From positions 6,841 to 70,840 of the forward strand of contig JADGQI010000172.1 of NCBI GenBank assembly GCA_017881905.1: a stretch of DNA of 64,000 nt. The letters run 5' to 3'. Shown one piece after another: positions 1-10,781 of this stretch (positions are counted from its first letter, which is position 1; each line of letters opens with the position of its first letter). The DNA comes from Chloroflexota bacterium (GTDB lineage: Bacteria > Chloroflexota > Limnocylindria > Limnocylindrales > CSP1-4). The position numbers were made by a program, and so were the translations under genes. The notes beneath the pieces are model-generated. The model made no database searches, had not been told where the DNA came from, and saw nothing but the letters and a program-made list of their open reading frames with translations.

Positions 1-160
1 CGAGGTTGATCCCCAGGCCGACCGTGAGATTGGCCTGCGGATCCATGTCGATGCACAGGACGCGGAACCCCTGCTCAGCCAGCGCTCCCGCCAGGTTGAT
101 GGCGGTCGTCGTCTTGCCTACGCCGCCCTTCTGGTTGGCGATCGCGATCACGTTCGTCAC
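1..160 (-). CDS. parA: ParA/Soj family ATPase, N-terminal part (runs off window edge)
   Basis: Manual translation from GTG at 160: [46 protein letters not shown], a deviant Walker A plus D-x-DPQ motif. GAGGTG RBS upstream. Missing from the ORF track. Confidence 0.93.
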   Translation of the reverse strand, partial: MTNVIAIANQKGGVGKTTTAINLAGALAEQGFRVLCIDMDPQANLTVGLGINL

Positions 161-265
161 CGGGGCATCACCTCGATACTGGAGTCCATTCGATCGACGC
201 GCTGGACGTACGGCGTCGGTGCGGGCGCACATCCTACTCCACTCTGTCGTGCGCAACCACCTGAC

Positions 266-308
266 TTATCCACACCGGCGACGAGTTGTTCACCGAATCT
301 GTGGACAT
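266..308. promoter_or_regulatory. Cluster of DnaA boxes
   Basis: Perfect TTATCCACA at 266-274, TTGTTCACC at 286-294, and ATGTCCACA on the minus strand at 300-308. Confidence 0.7.
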
Positions 309-465
309 CGGGAGGTCCCTGAGACGGGCCGCATGCCCGTGTCCGGTGGGCCGAAGGGCCCTTCCTCGGTCGGAGGGCGCCGGTATCATGGACGCGGAGC
401 CCCGCCCTGGGCTCTTGTCCGTGCGCAAAGACAGGCTCGCCCGACAGCGACGCGAAGGAGCACCA

Positions 466-2019
466 GTGGCGACGAACGAGGAGCGACTCGGCCGGCTGAC
501 CAGGATGCGCGAGGAGTCGCTCCTCGGCGGCGGACCGGTCCGGATCGAGCGCCAACACGCCTGGGGCAAGCTGACCGCGCGCGAGCGGCTCGATCTTCTC
601 CTCGATCCCGGGACGTTCATCGAGCTCGATGCGTTCGTCACGCATCGGTCGAAGGAGTTCGGCCTCGACAAGCAGCACTTCCTCGGCGACGGCGTCGTGA
701 CCGGGCACGGACTGGTCGATGGCCGTCTCGTGTTCGTGTTCTCGCAGGACTTCACCGTCTTCGGTGGATCGTTGTCCGAGGCATACGCCGAGAAGATCTG
801 CAAGGTCATGGATCTCGCGATGAAGGTCGGTGCGCCCCTCATCGGGTTGAACGACTCTGGCGGTGCGCGGATCCAGGAAGGCGTCGTATCGCTCGGCGGC
901 TACGCGGACATCTTCCTTCGAAACGTCCTGGCGTCGGGCGTCATCCCACAGATCTCGGTGATCATGGGTCCGTGTGCCGGGGGAGCGGTGTACTCACCGG
1001 CGATGACCGACTTCACTCTCATGGTCGAAGGCACGAGCTACATGTTCGTCACCGGACCGAATGTCGTGAAGGCCGTCACCCATGAAGATGTCGATTCGGA
1101 ACGATTGGGTGGCGCGATCACTCACACGACGCGAAGTGGCGTCGCGCACCTGGCGGCGAAGGACGAAGCGGAGTCGCTCGACCTGACGCGCCGGATCCTC
1201 GGATTCCTGCCGCAGAACAACCTGGCCTCCCCACCGATCGTCCCGACGCGAGATCCGAGCGATCGGCGCGACATCGAGCTCGACACGATCGTCCCCGACG
1301 ATCCGCAGAAGCCGTACGACATGCACGGCGTCATCATTCGGATCTTCGACGATGGCCGGTTCCTCGAGATCCAGCCGGACTGGGCGGCGAACATCATCAT
1401 CGGATTCGGGCGACTCGCCGGACGCAGCGTCGGCATCGTGGCGCAGCAGCCGGCCGTCCTTGCCGGCGCGCTCGACATCAACTCGTCGATCAAGGCCGCC
1501 CGGTTCGTCCGGACCTGCGACGCGTTCAACGTCCCGCTTGTCACCTTCGTCGACGTGCCGGGGTTCCTGCCGGGCGTCGGCCAGGAAGACGCCGGCATCA
1601 TCAAGCATGGCGCGAAGCTGCTCTACGCCTACTGCGAGGCGACCGTCCCGAAGATGACGGTCATCACACGCAAGGCGTACGGCGGCGCCTATGACGTCAT
1701 GAGCAGCAAGCATGTTCGTGGTGACATGAACTTCGCGTGGCCGACGGCTGAGATCGCCGTCATGGGCGCCGAGGGCGCGGTCAACATCATCTTCAAGGAT
1801 CAGATCGCCGCTGCCGACGACGTGGTCGCGGAACGGGCGCGATTGATCGCCGAATACGAAGCGGAGTTCAACAATCCGTATGTCGCCGCGGCTCGCGGCT
1901 ACATCGACGACATCATCCATCCGTCGGACACGCGGCCTCGGTTGATCGCGGCGCTCGAGATGCTCGCCGACAAGCGTGACGAGAATCCACGGAAGAAGCA
2001 TGGCAACATCCCGCTCTGA
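466..2019 (+). CDS. pccB: Acyl-CoA (propionyl-CoA) carboxylase carboxyltransferase beta subunit
   Basis: [46 protein letters not shown] and KKHGNIPL motifs. GAAGGAG RBS before GTG at 466. Confidence 0.95.
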   Translation: MATNEERLGRLTRMREESLLGGGPVRIERQHAWGKLTARERLDLLLDPGTFIELDAFVTHRSKEFGLDKQHFLGDGVVTGHGLVDGRLVFVFSQDFTVFGGSLSEAYAEKICKVMDLAMKVGAPLIGLNDSGGARIQEGVVSLGGYADIFLRNVLASGVIPQISVIMGPCAGGAVYSPAMTDFTLMVEGTSYMFVTGPNVVKAVTHEDVDSERLGGAITHTTRSGVAHLAAKDEAESLDLTRRILGFLPQNNLASPPIVPTRDPSDRRDIELDTIVPDDPQKPYDMHGVIIRIFDDGRFLEIQPDWAANIIIGFGRLAGRSVGIVAQQPAVLAGALDINSSIKAARFVRTCDAFNVPLVTFVDVPGFLPGVGQEDAGIIKHGAKLLYAYCEATVPKMTVITRKAYGGAYDVMSSKHVRGDMNFAWPTAEIAVMGAEGAVNIIFKDQIAAADDVVAERARLIAEYEAEFNNPYVAAARGYIDDIIHPSDTRPRLIAALEMLADKRDENPRKKHGNIPL

Positions 2020-2029
2020 GGCGACGTCG

Positions 2030-3640
2030 ATGGACAACGTCTTTACGCAAAGACGGCCGTTCGAACGCGTGCTCATCGCGAACCGCGGGGAGATCGCCCT
2101 CCGGATCATCCGCGCCTGTCACGAGATGGGGATGGAGGCGATCGCGGTCTACAGCGATGCGGACGTCCATGCCCAGCACGTCCGAGCCGCCGACCGCGCG
2201 ATCCGGATCGGTCCGGCACCGGCCACCGAGAGCTACCTCCTGGCCGATGTCGTCGTCGAGGCGGCGTTGGCCGCGGGGGCCCAGGCGGTCCATCCCGGGT
2301 ATGGCTTCCTCGCCGAGCGCGCGTCGTTCGCGGCGGCCGTCCAGGATGCGGGGATGGCCTTCGTCGGACCCGACCATCGTGCGATCGCCGCGCTCGGAGA
2401 CAAGCTCGCCGCCCGGCGGACGGCGTCCGCGGCGGGCGTGCCCGTCGTCCCCGGGACGCTGGAACCCGCGCCGGTCGATCGACCGGACGAGATCGCAGAG
2501 ATCGTCGCCGCCGCGGACGCGGTCGGCTATCCGCTCCTGGTCAAGGCGGCGGCCGGCGGCGGTGGTCGAGGGATGCGCCGGGTGACGAACTCCGACGAGC
2601 TCCCGGCAGCTCTCGTCTCGGGTTCGCGAGAGGCGGCCTCGGCGTTCGGGGACGGCTCCGTCTACCTGGAACGGGAGATCCTGCCCGCCCGCCACATCGA
2701 AGTCCAGCTGCTCGGCGACCTCGACGGGCGCGTCGTGGCCCTCGGGGAGCGGGATTGCTCGCTCCAGCGCCGACATCAGAAGCTCATCGAAGAGGCGCCC
2801 GCCCCGGGCTTGACGGAGGTCCAGCGTCGTGAGCTGCACGCGATGGCGGTCCGGGTCGCGTCGTCGGCCGGACTCCGGAACGCGGCGACTTGTGAGTTCC
2901 TGTACGACCGGGACGGTCGGTTCTGGTTCCTCGAGGTGAACACCCGGCTCCAGGTCGAGCACGGCGTCACCGAGCTCGTGTGTGGGCTCGACATCGTCCG
3001 GGAGCAGTTCTGGCTGGCGGCCGGGGCGCCACTCTCGGCGGCCGCGCTCGCCGCCGCCGAGCGCGCGGCGACACCCGACAGCCATGCGATCGAGGTTCGG
3101 CTGTCGGCCGAGGATCCCGCTCGACAGTTCGCCCCGGCACCCGGCCGGGTCGGGCGCTGGACGATGCCGTCGGGACCCGGCGTGCGCGTGGACACCGCCC
3201 TCGAGGCGGGGGAGCGGATCCCGCCCGACTACGACCCGATGATCGCCAAGCTGATGGTCCACGCGGCCGACCGACCGTCGGCGATCGCCCGGCTCCGGCG
3301 CGCGCTCGACGAGACGGAGATCGGCGGGGTCCAGACGACGCTCCCGTTCGACCGGTTCGTCGTGCGCGAGCCGTCGTTCCTGGCCGCCGACCTGTCGACC
3401 GGGTGGGTCCCCGAGCACTGGGACGGGCCGGCGCAGCGGGCCGAGGCGGTGCGTCGCGGGCTGCTGGCCGTCGGCCTCGCAGCCGTCCTGGATCTCGATG
3501 AGGGGACCGGGGGGTGGTCCGACCCCGGGGCCTCGACGACGGGTGCCGCCGGCCAGAGGGACGGGCCCGCGGCGGATCCAGCCCCGAGTCGATGGCGCAC
3601 CGCGGGCCTGGCTGCCGCCTCCGATCGGTGGCCCGGATGA
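2030..3640 (+). CDS. Biotin carboxylase subunit
   Basis: VLIANRGEIA, HPGYGFLAE, GGGGRGMR, ERDCSLQRRHQK, FLEVNTRLQVEH and YDPMIAKL motifs. Confidence 0.95.
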   Translation: MDNVFTQRRPFERVLIANRGEIALRIIRACHEMGMEAIAVYSDADVHAQHVRAADRAIRIGPAPATESYLLADVVVEAALAAGAQAVHPGYGFLAERASFAAAVQDAGMAFVGPDHRAIAALGDKLAARRTASAAGVPVVPGTLEPAPVDRPDEIAEIVAAADAVGYPLLVKAAAGGGGRGMRRVTNSDELPAALVSGSREAASAFGDGSVYLEREILPARHIEVQLLGDLDGRVVALGERDCSLQRRHQKLIEEAPAPGLTEVQRRELHAMAVRVASSAGLRNAATCEFLYDRDGRFWFLEVNTRLQVEHGVTELVCGLDIVREQFWLAAGAPLSAAALAAAERAATPDSHAIEVRLSAEDPARQFAPAPGRVGRWTMPSGPGVRVDTALEAGERIPPDYDPMIAKLMVHAADRPSAIARLRRALDETEIGGVQTTLPFDRFVVREPSFLAADLSTGWVPEHWDGPAQRAEAVRRGLLAVGLAAVLDLDEGTGGWSDPGASTTGAAGQRDGPAADPAPSRWRTAGLAAASDRWPG

Positions 3641-4518
3641 GCGCCGAACGACCTGACGGCGCCGCCCCCGGCACCGACGGCGGACCGCTCTCCAGCGCGG
3701 CGGTCTCGATGGTCGACCCGCGCGCCGTCCGGGTCGCGCTCGCGCCCACATCGAGGGGCGAGGACGATCCGACGATCACCATCTCCCCGATCCCGGCCGA
3801 CGTCCTCCGTCCCGTGGAGCGTCTGGCCGGTCGAGCCATCCTCGGGGGTGTCCCGACACCGATCAGCCCGCCGCGGGGCACGGGTTCCGGCAACGGCCGG
3901 TCGGCCGTCATGGGTGGCGGAGCCATCGGGACTGGGCCGTCGGTTACCGCTCCGGAGTCGGCCGACCGCGACGGGTCGGACGGCGCCGACCGGACGTCGG
4001 ATCGGGCGGCCGACCGGGCGGCGACGGTCGAGCTCCTGATCGACGGCCGGCCCCTCGATGCGCGACTCGTCCCGTTCGACGCGGAGCACGCCCGGCTCGT
4101 CGAGGGGACCGAGGGACCCGAGGGCGCCGAGGGCATCATCAGCCGGGTCATCCTCGGAGCAGGGCGTCGACGGGACGCGGATGGCGCGGTCGTCCGCGAG
4201 GTCGTCGTCGACGGCTGGCGGTTCGACGTCGAGGTCGAGTCGGAGCGACGGGCGAGCCTCCGGGAACGTGCTCGCCGCGGCCATGAGGCGGCGGGGAAGA
4301 GCGGTCCGGTCGAGATCCACGCGATCATCCCGGGCCGGATCGTCGCCCTGTCGGTCGGGCCCGGCGATCCGGTCACTGCCGGGCAGCAGCTCCTCGTGCT
4401 CGAAGCGATGAAGATGCAGAACGAGCTGCGAGCGCCGCGCGAAGGGTCGATCGAGCGCATCGCCGTCGCCGTGGGCGAGAATGTGGAGGTCGGCGACCTG
4501 CTCTTGGTGATCACGTGA
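3637..4518 (+). CDS. Biotin carboxyl carrier protein with long N-terminal extension
   Basis: C-terminal biotinyl domain with [12 protein letters not shown] overlap with the upstream stop; exact start uncertain. Confidence 0.88.
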   Translation: MSAERPDGAAPGTDGGPLSSAAVSMVDPRAVRVALAPTSRGEDDPTITISPIPADVLRPVERLAGRAILGGVPTPISPPRGTGSGNGRSAVMGGGAIGTGPSVTAPESADRDGSDGADRTSDRAADRAATVELLIDGRPLDARLVPFDAEHARLVEGTEGPEGAEGIISRVILGAGRRRDADGAVVREVVVDGWRFDVEVESERRASLRERARRGHEAAGKSGPVEIHAIIPGRIVALSVGPGDPVTAGQQLLVLEAMKMQNELRAPREGSIERIAVAVGENVEVGDLLLVIT

Positions 4519-6251
4519 CGGACGACCATCCCTCGTCGAAGCCGAAGTCCCGCCGGACCGCGGGGGACGACGCCGCGACGGGAGACGCCTCGCGCTCCCC
4601 GGATCCGGCGCGCGAGACGTGGCGGACCGGCGCCCGGGCGAAGGCGCTCAGAGCGGCACCCGAGCGGCGCGAACGGTTCGAGACCAGCTCCGGGATCGAG
4701 ATCGCCGACGTCTATACCGCCGGCGACCTGGACGGCTTCGACCCCGCCACCCAGCTCGGCCTGCCGGGCGAGTTCCCGTTCACGCGCGGCGTCCAGCCGA
4801 CCATGTATCGCAGCCGGTTCTGGACGATGCGGCAGTACGCCGGGTTCGCCACCGCCGCCGAGACGAACGAGCGATTCCGTTACCTGCTGAGCGAGGGTCA
4901 GACCGGCCTGTCGGTGGCCTTCGACCTGCCGACCCAGATGGGCTACGACTCGGATGCGCCACAGGCGGAAGGCGAGGTCGGGCGCGTGGGGGTGCCGATC
5001 AGCAGCCTCGTCGACATGGAGACCCTGTTCCGGGACATCCCGCTGGGGACGGTCAGCACGTCGATGACGATCAACTCGACGGCAGCCATCCTGCTCGCGC
5101 TGTACCTGGTCGCTGCCGAACGCCAGGGGGTCGATCGCGCGACCGTCAGCGGGACCACCCAGAACGACATCCTCAAGGAGTACATCGCCCGCGGGACGTA
5201 CATCTACCCGCCACGGCCGTCCATGCGGCTGGTCACCGACGTGTTCGAGTTCTGCGCCGCCGAGCTGCCGCGCTGGAACACGATCTCCATCAGCGGATAT
5301 CACATGCGCGAGGCCGGTGCCACGGCGGTCCAGGAGCTCGCCTACACGCTGGCCGACGCGATCGCGTACTGCGACGCCGCGGTCGCGCGGGGACTCGACA
5401 TCGACGACTTCGCCGGGCGCCTCAGCTTCTTCTTCGCGGCCTGGAGCGAGCTCTTCGAGGAGGTCGCCAAGTTCCGGGCGGCGCGTCGGATGTGGGCGAA
5501 GATCGTCCGTGATCGGTACGGCTCCCGGAACGGACGCTCGCAGATGTGTCGCTTCCACGTCCAGACGGCAGGCTCGAGCCTGACCGCCCGCTCGATTGAC
5601 AACAACGTGGTCCGGACGACGGTCCAGGCCCTGGCAGCCGTCCTGGGCGGGGCCCAAAGCCTCCACACGAACTCGCGCGATGAGGCGCTCGCCCTGCCAA
5701 CCGCGGAGGCGGCCCGGCTGGCCCTGCGCACCCAGCAGATCCTCGCCCATGAGTCCGGCGTGACCGAGACGCCCGACCCACTGGCGGGCTCCTATTACGT
5801 GGAGACGCTGACCGATGAGCTCGAGCGGGCCGCCTGGGGCGAGCTCGAGGAGATCGACGCGCTTGGCGGCACGATCGCGGCCATCGACCACGGATATCAG
5901 CAGCTCAGGATCCAGGAGTCCGCCTACCTCGTCCAGCGGCGGATCGAGTCCGGGGACCAGGTGGTCGTCGGGGTCAACCGCTTCCAGGACGAGCTGGGGG
6001 TCACGCCGCCGATCCAGCGGATCGACCCGGAGGGGGAGCGCCGTCAGATCGAGGGTCTCCGTCGCGTCCGGGCGGAGCGGGATCCGGAGGCCTGGGCGGC
6101 GGCCCTCGATCGGCTCGCGGCAGCCGCCTCCGCGAACGACAACGTGATGCCCGCCCTGATCGACAGCGTTCGTGCCTACGCGACGGTGGGGGAGATCAGC
6201 GACCGGCTCCGCGCGGCGTGGGGTGAGCACCGCGAGCTCGTCACGGTCTGA
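4515..6251 (+). CDS. Methylmalonyl-CoA mutase family, large (substrate-binding) subunit
   Basis: PFTRG...[38 protein letters not shown] and QSLHTNS motifs. No C-terminal B12-binding domain. Confidence 0.95.
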   Translation: MTDDHPSSKPKSRRTAGDDAATGDASRSPDPARETWRTGARAKALRAAPERRERFETSSGIEIADVYTAGDLDGFDPATQLGLPGEFPFTRGVQPTMYRSRFWTMRQYAGFATAAETNERFRYLLSEGQTGLSVAFDLPTQMGYDSDAPQAEGEVGRVGVPISSLVDMETLFRDIPLGTVSTSMTINSTAAILLALYLVAAERQGVDRATVSGTTQNDILKEYIARGTYIYPPRPSMRLVTDVFEFCAAELPRWNTISISGYHMREAGATAVQELAYTLADAIAYCDAAVARGLDIDDFAGRLSFFFAAWSELFEEVAKFRAARRMWAKIVRDRYGSRNGRSQMCRFHVQTAGSSLTARSIDNNVVRTTVQALAAVLGGAQSLHTNSRDEALALPTAEAARLALRTQQILAHESGVTETPDPLAGSYYVETLTDELERAAWGELEEIDALGGTIAAIDHGYQQLRIQESAYLVQRRIESGDQVVVGVNRFQDELGVTPPIQRIDPEGERRQIEGLRRVRAERDPEAWAAALDRLAAAASANDNVMPALIDSVRAYATVGEISDRLRAAWGEHRELVTV

Positions 6252-6323
6252 CCCGACCGACCGGGCCGTCTCCGGGCCACAGGGCACTTCCGCCCCCCGT
6301 CCGGACCCGCTACGCTCAGCCCG

Positions 6324-6365
6324 ATGACCACGAACGACCCACCTTCCATCCCGACCGACCCGTGA
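6324..6365 (+). other. Candidate leaderless upstream micro-ORF (MTTNDPPSIPTDP)
   Basis: TACGCT -10-like hexamer at 6311-6316, ATG 7 nt later, and its TGA overlaps the mce GTG (GTGA). Confidence 0.4.
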
Positions 6366-6826
6366 CGGGCACGTCCGCCGTCCCCGAGCATGTGCGCGGC
6401 CTCGGCCGGGTCCATCACGTCGCGGTGGTCGTCCGCGACCTCGATGCGTCGCTCGGCTTCTACCGGGACACCTTGGGCCTCGAGGTGGACACGGTCATGC
6501 CGATCCCGTCGGACCGGGTGACGATCGCCTTCCTGCCGATCGGCGAGTCGAAGGTCGAGCTCGTCTCCCCGACCGACGATACGACGGGCGTCGCGCGCTT
6601 CCTCGAATCCAAGGGCGAGGGCTTCCACCATGTCTGCTTCGAGGTCCACGATCTGGCCGAGACGCTCACCCGGCTGGCGATCGACGGCGTCGAGCTGATC
6701 GATACCCAGCCGCGCAAGGGCGCCGAGGGTCCGGTCGCCTTCCTCCATCCGCGCTCGTGCCACGGCGTGCTGGTCGAGCTGATCGAGGCACCCGGTGGGC
6801 CGGCCTGGGATGCGCTCGGCTACTGA
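6362..6826 (+). CDS. mce: Methylmalonyl-CoA epimerase (VOC fold)
   Basis: HHVAVVV, KVELVSP, GEGFHHVCFEV, AFLHP and GVLVELIE motifs; follows the mutase gene. Confidence 0.93.
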   Translation: MTGTSAVPEHVRGLGRVHHVAVVVRDLDASLGFYRDTLGLEVDTVMPIPSDRVTIAFLPIGESKVELVSPTDDTTGVARFLESKGEGFHHVCFEVHDLAETLTRLAIDGVELIDTQPRKGAEGPVAFLHPRSCHGVLVELIEAPGGPAWDALGY

Positions 6827-7164
6827 CCGTCCCCGCTGGGCTCCGCGTGCTCATGACGATCGGCGATGTTCCGCGCCAATCCCATCGGGCGGTGCTTGGC
6901 GAGGCCGGTGATGAACGCGGCGAGGATGCCGACGCCGACGATGATGTACCCGATGGTGAACGCTCGGCCGAGCGGTGTGGTCGGATGGAGGTCGCCGTAT
7001 CCGACGGTCGCCAGCGTCACCACGCAGAAGTAGACCGCGTCGAGCAACGACCAGCCCTCGATCTCCATGTAGGCGACGCTCCCGATCGAGATCGTGAGCA
7101 GCGCGGCGACGGCGATGACTTTGGTTTCGGGATCGCGCAGCATGGCGCGGAACGCATGGAACAT
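6820..7164 (-). CDS. Minimal two-TM potassium channel family protein
   Basis: DAVYFCVVTLATVGYGDLHP pore helix and selectivity filter flanked by hydrophobic helices. AGGAG RBS. Confidence 0.9.
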   Translation of the reverse strand: MFHAFRAMLRDPETKVIAVAALLTISIGSVAYMEIEGWSLLDAVYFCVVTLATVGYGDLHPTTPLGRAFTIGYIIVGVGILAAFITGLAKHRPMGLARNIADRHEHAEPSGDGQ

Positions 7165-7257
7165 GAGCGCGATCTCCTGGCGGGGTGACGATCGCGCGGA
7201 GTGTAGTCCGGCTCGTGGACCCGGCGGGCCGAGCGAGCCGCCGCGGGCGACCGGCGA

Positions 7258-8043
7258 TCAGGGGCTCGCGTGCGCGCTGAACCGGCCGTCGGTCCGACCG
7301 ACCGTCAGTCCGAGCCCGAAGGCCGTCGACAGGATCGGGCCGGTCAGGGTCCGCTCGATCGGCCCGGCCGCCACCGTCCGACCCCCGGCGATCACCAGCG
7401 CGTGGGTCGTGCCGACGGGGATCTCCTCGAGGTGGTGCGTGACCAGCGCGACGGCGCCCACCGACGGATCGGCGGCCAACCCGCCGAGCCGGACCACGAG
7501 GGCCTCGCGAGCGGCAAGATCGAGCCCGGCCGCGGGCTCGTCGAGCAGGAGCAGCTCCGGATCGCGCATCAGGGTCCGCGCGATGAGGACCCGCTGCCGC
7601 TCGCCGGACGACAGCGACCCGTACGTCCGCCGCTCGAAGCCCTCGAGCCCGAGCCGCGCGAGCGACCGTTCGGCGCGCGTCCGGTCGGCCGCGCTGTAGG
7701 CGGCCCACCACGGCGCGAGGGCGGCGTGTCGGGCGCTCATCACGACGTCGCGCGCGACCAGGCTCGGGGCGATCCCGTCGACGAGGGCGGCGCTGACGAA
7801 GCCGATCCGCTCACGGAGCGACCGGACATCGACCCTGCCGATCGCCTCGCCGAGGACCGCCACCCGGCCCCGACTCGGCCACAGGTCCGTCGCGGCGACC
7901 CGGAGCAGCGTGGTCTTGCCCGAACCGTTCGGCCCGACGATCGCCCAGCGCTCGCCGGGCTGGACGGACCAGTCGATCCCATCGAGGATCCAGCGACCCT
8001 CACGCCGCACGCTGACGCCGGTGAGCTCGAGCACCGGCGCCAC
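7258..8043 (-). CDS. ABC transporter ATP-binding protein (ModF-like, no partner genes nearby)
   Basis: GPNGSGKTT, LSSGERQR, LLLLDEP and VTHHLEE motifs. GTG start at 8043 inferred. Confidence 0.9.
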   Translation of the reverse strand: MAPVLELTGVSVRREGRWILDGIDWSVQPGERWAIVGPNGSGKTTLLRVAATDLWPSRGRVAVLGEAIGRVDVRSLRERIGFVSAALVDGIAPSLVARDVVMSARHAALAPWWAAYSAADRTRAERSLARLGLEGFERRTYGSLSSGERQRVLIARTLMRDPELLLLDEPAAGLDLAAREALVVRLGGLAADPSVGAVALVTHHLEEIPVGTTHALVIAGGRTVAAGPIERTLTGPILSTAFGLGLTVGRTDGRFSAHASP

Positions 8044-8051
8044 CCGACGAC

Positions 8052-8522
8052 TCAGATGGACCAGGCGAACAGCACGTCGGGGGCGCGCTGCGCGTCGCGG
8101 CAGAACAGCACGATCTCGCCGGCGAGCTGCCGGATCCACGGCTTCTCCTCGCGGGGGAGCTCGCCGTACTCCTCGTCGAGGAGGTCGAGCCAGCGACCGG
8201 CTACCGCAGGCAGGTCCCGGTCCGGCAGCCGGGCGATCGTCTCGATCCACTGCGGATCGACCCGTTCGATCGTGCGGTGGTCGATGTCGCCGGGACCATC
8301 GAGCTCGCGGCGGGCATCGATGAAGTCGGTCGGCTCGCCGCTGTCGTTGACCGAGCGGATGGCCTCGCTGAACAGGTCCAGCCAGGTCGGGTCGAGTCCG
8401 GCACCGAGGGACAGGTGGGCGGCGAACCGCCCCGGGTCGGCCAGGGCACCGACATCGTCGGCGGTCAGCACGACGAGGATCGCCGGGGCATCGCCAGCGA
8501 TCAGCTCCATCAGGCCGCTCAT
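8052..8522 (-). CDS. Hypothetical protein in the sucCD operon
   Basis: Protein-like acidic ORF (MSGLMELIAGD...VLFAWSI) tightly packed between sucD and the ABC ATPase. Confidence 0.75.
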   Translation of the reverse strand: MSGLMELIAGDAPAILVVLTADDVGALADPGRFAAHLSLGAGLDPTWLDLFSEAIRSVNDSGEPTDFIDARRELDGPGDIDHRTIERVDPQWIETIARLPDRDLPAVAGRWLDLLDEEYGELPREEKPWIRQLAGEIVLFCRDAQRAPDVLFAWSI

Positions 8523-8530
8523 GTCGGGTG

Positions 8531-9415
8531 CTAGCCGCGGAAGCCGGCGGTCCGGAGGATCGTCGGGAGCTCGGTCGGGGAGTCGGCGACCCGGATCCCT
8601 GCCGCCTCGAGCGCGGCGATCTTGTCGGCCGCCGTCCCGGATCCGCCGGAGATGATCGCCCCGGCATGGCCCATCCGCTTGCCCTCGGGCGCCGTCCGGC
8701 CGGCGATGAAGGCGGCCATCGGCACCCCGTTCAGGTGGTCCGCTGCCCATGCCGCGGCCTCCTCCTCGGCCGACCCTCCGATCTCGCCGATGAGCACGAT
8801 CGCCTCGGTCTCGTCGTCCTCGGCGAACAGCTTGAGGACGTCGAGGAACGTCGTCCCGATGATCGGATCGCCGCCGATCCCGACGCAGGTCGACTGACCG
8901 AGTCCGGCGTCGGTCATCGCCTGGACCGCCTCGTACGTCAGGGTCCCGGACCGGGACACGACCCCGACCCGACCCTCCCGATGGATGGAGCCGGGGATGA
9001 TCCCGACCTTGGCGCGGCCGGGGGACGTGGCCCCGGGGCAGTTGGGCCCGATCAGCCGGGCCCCGGCCTCACGAACGACCTCGACGACCTTGAGCATGTC
9101 GAGGGCCGGGACGCCTTCGGTGATGCAGAAGATCGTGCCGATCCCGGCGCCGACCGCCTCGAGGACGGCGTCGGGCGCACCGGCGGCCGGGACGTAGATG
9201 CAGGACGTGTTCGCGCCGGTCGCCGCGACCGCCTCGGCGACGGTGTCGAACACCGGGACCCGCCCGTCGACCGCCGTCTGGCCGCCCTTGTTCGGGGTCA
9301 CGCCGGCGACCACGGGGGTGCCGTACTCGACCATCTGGCGGGTGTGGAACTCGCCCTCGCGGCCGGTGATGCCCTGGACCACCAATCGTGTCTCGCGCCC
9401 GACGAGGATGCTCAT
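8531..9415 (-). CDS. sucD: Succinyl-CoA ligase alpha subunit
   Basis: [29 protein letters not shown] and RMGHAGA (phospho-His) motifs. Confidence 0.97.
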   Translation of the reverse strand: MSILVGRETRLVVQGITGREGEFHTRQMVEYGTPVVAGVTPNKGGQTAVDGRVPVFDTVAEAVAATGANTSCIYVPAAGAPDAVLEAVGAGIGTIFCITEGVPALDMLKVVEVVREAGARLIGPNCPGATSPGRAKVGIIPGSIHREGRVGVVSRSGTLTYEAVQAMTDAGLGQSTCVGIGGDPIIGTTFLDVLKLFAEDDETEAIVLIGEIGGSAEEEAAAWAADHLNGVPMAAFIAGRTAPEGKRMGHAGAIISGGSGTAADKIAALEAAGIRVADSPTELPTILRTAGFRG

Positions 9416-10593
9416 GACCCGACCGCCGCGGCGGCCGCGACCGCCTTGGCCGCCGCCTCGTCGAGGCTCGCCGCGGTCTCGAACCGCGCCTCGGTCAGCA
9501 GCCGCCCGGCTTCCTCGGCGTTGGTCCCGACGATCCGCACCACCATCGGGACGTCCCGCTCCTGGACCGCCCGTGCCTCGATCAGGCCCCGGGCCACTTC
9601 GTCGCCGCGGGTGATCCCGCCGAAGATGTTGACGAGGATCGCGCGGACCTTCGGGTCGGCCAGGATCAACCGCATCGCCGCGGCGACCTTGTCCGAGCGG
9701 GCACCCCCGCCGATGTCCAGGAAGTTGGCCGGCTCTCCGCCGGCCCGCTTGACGAGGTCCATCGTGGTCATCGCCAGCCCGGCGCCGTTGACCATGCAGC
9801 CGATCGAGCCGTCGAGGTGGATGAAGGCGATGCCCATCGCCCGCGCCTCGGCGTCGGCCGGGTCCTCCGAGTCGGGGTCGCGCAGCGCTTCGAGCTCGGG
9901 ATGGCGGGGGAGCGCCGAGTCGTCGAGGGTGATCTTCGCGTCGAGGCAGACGAGTCGCTCGGTCGTGGCTGCGCCCGTCCCGTCGGACTCGCGGACGATG
10001 GCGAGCGGGTTCACCTCGACCAGGTCCGCGTCGTAGGCCACCATCGTCGCGACCAGGCCGCGGGCGATCGACACGAAGTCGCGCAGGAACGGTCCACCCA
10101 GGCCGATCCCGAAGGCGAGCTGGCGCGCCTGCCAATCGAGCAGCCCGAGATGCGGGTGCGCGGCCACCCGGTGGATCGCCTCGGGCCGGACCCTGGCGAC
10201 CTCCTCGATCTCGACGCCGCCCTCGGCCGACGCCATCACCACGATCCGTCGCGACGCCCGGTCGAGGATCGCGCCGAGGTAATACTCGCGGGCGATGTCG
10301 GCCGCAGGCGCGACGAGCACCTTGCGGACCGGGATCCCCTTGATCGTGAGGGCGAGGATCGCCGCGGCGACCGCCTCCGCCTCGTCCGCCGAGCCGGCCA
10401 GCCGGACCCCACCGGCCTTGCCCCGACCGCCGACCAGCACCTGGGCCTTGACCACGACCTTGTCGTTGCCGTCGGCCAGGATCCGGGTCGCCGCCGCGCG
10501 GGCGTCGGCGGCGGTCCGGGCGACGTCCCAGGCGGGCACGGGCAGGCCCTGGGCGAGCAGCAGGGACTTCGCGTCGGCTTCCTGGATCTTCAC
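9412..10593 (-). CDS. sucC: Succinyl-CoA ligase beta subunit
   Basis: [39 protein letters not shown] and NIFGGI motifs. Confidence 0.97.
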   Translation of the reverse strand: MKIQEADAKSLLLAQGLPVPAWDVARTAADARAAATRILADGNDKVVVKAQVLVGGRGKAGGVRLAGSADEAEAVAAAILALTIKGIPVRKVLVAPAADIAREYYLGAILDRASRRIVVMASAEGGVEIEEVARVRPEAIHRVAAHPHLGLLDWQARQLAFGIGLGGPFLRDFVSIARGLVATMVAYDADLVEVNPLAIVRESDGTGAATTERLVCLDAKITLDDSALPRHPELEALRDPDSEDPADAEARAMGIAFIHLDGSIGCMVNGAGLAMTTMDLVKRAGGEPANFLDIGGGARSDKVAAAMRLILADPKVRAILVNIFGGITRGDEVARGLIEARAVQERDVPMVVRIVGTNAEEAGRLLTEARFETAASLDEAAAKAVAAAAAVGS

Positions 10594-10781
10594 GCGGATG
10601 GCTCCGTGACGAGGGTCGGGGCGGACCTTCGATGGTACAGGAGCGCTCGTCCGGGGGCCGGTCCGCCGGCGCAGGGCTCGACCGGTCGCGTCGAGGGCGG
10701 CTCGGCTAGAATGCGCTCGTCGCCCAACCGAACCCTCGGTCTGCGGTCGCTGGCACTCACACGGAGGCAGGCAGCCCACGC

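Noticed and set aside
161..465. oriC or a cobalamin riboswitch ahead of the mutase operon
   Set aside because: No AT-rich unwinding element, no dnaA/dnaN and no B12-box motif visible.
4509..4520. TCACGTGA as a parS site
   Set aside because: Only the core matches; the flanks lack GTT/AAC, and it sits at a gene junction.
2967..6287. Very long antisense and alternate-frame ORFs (e.g. 1106 aa here, also 60098-62965 and 52100-54301)
   Set aside because: Shadow ORFs expected from high-GC codon bias. They are Arg/Pro/Gly-rich, have no motifs and overlap well-supported genes.
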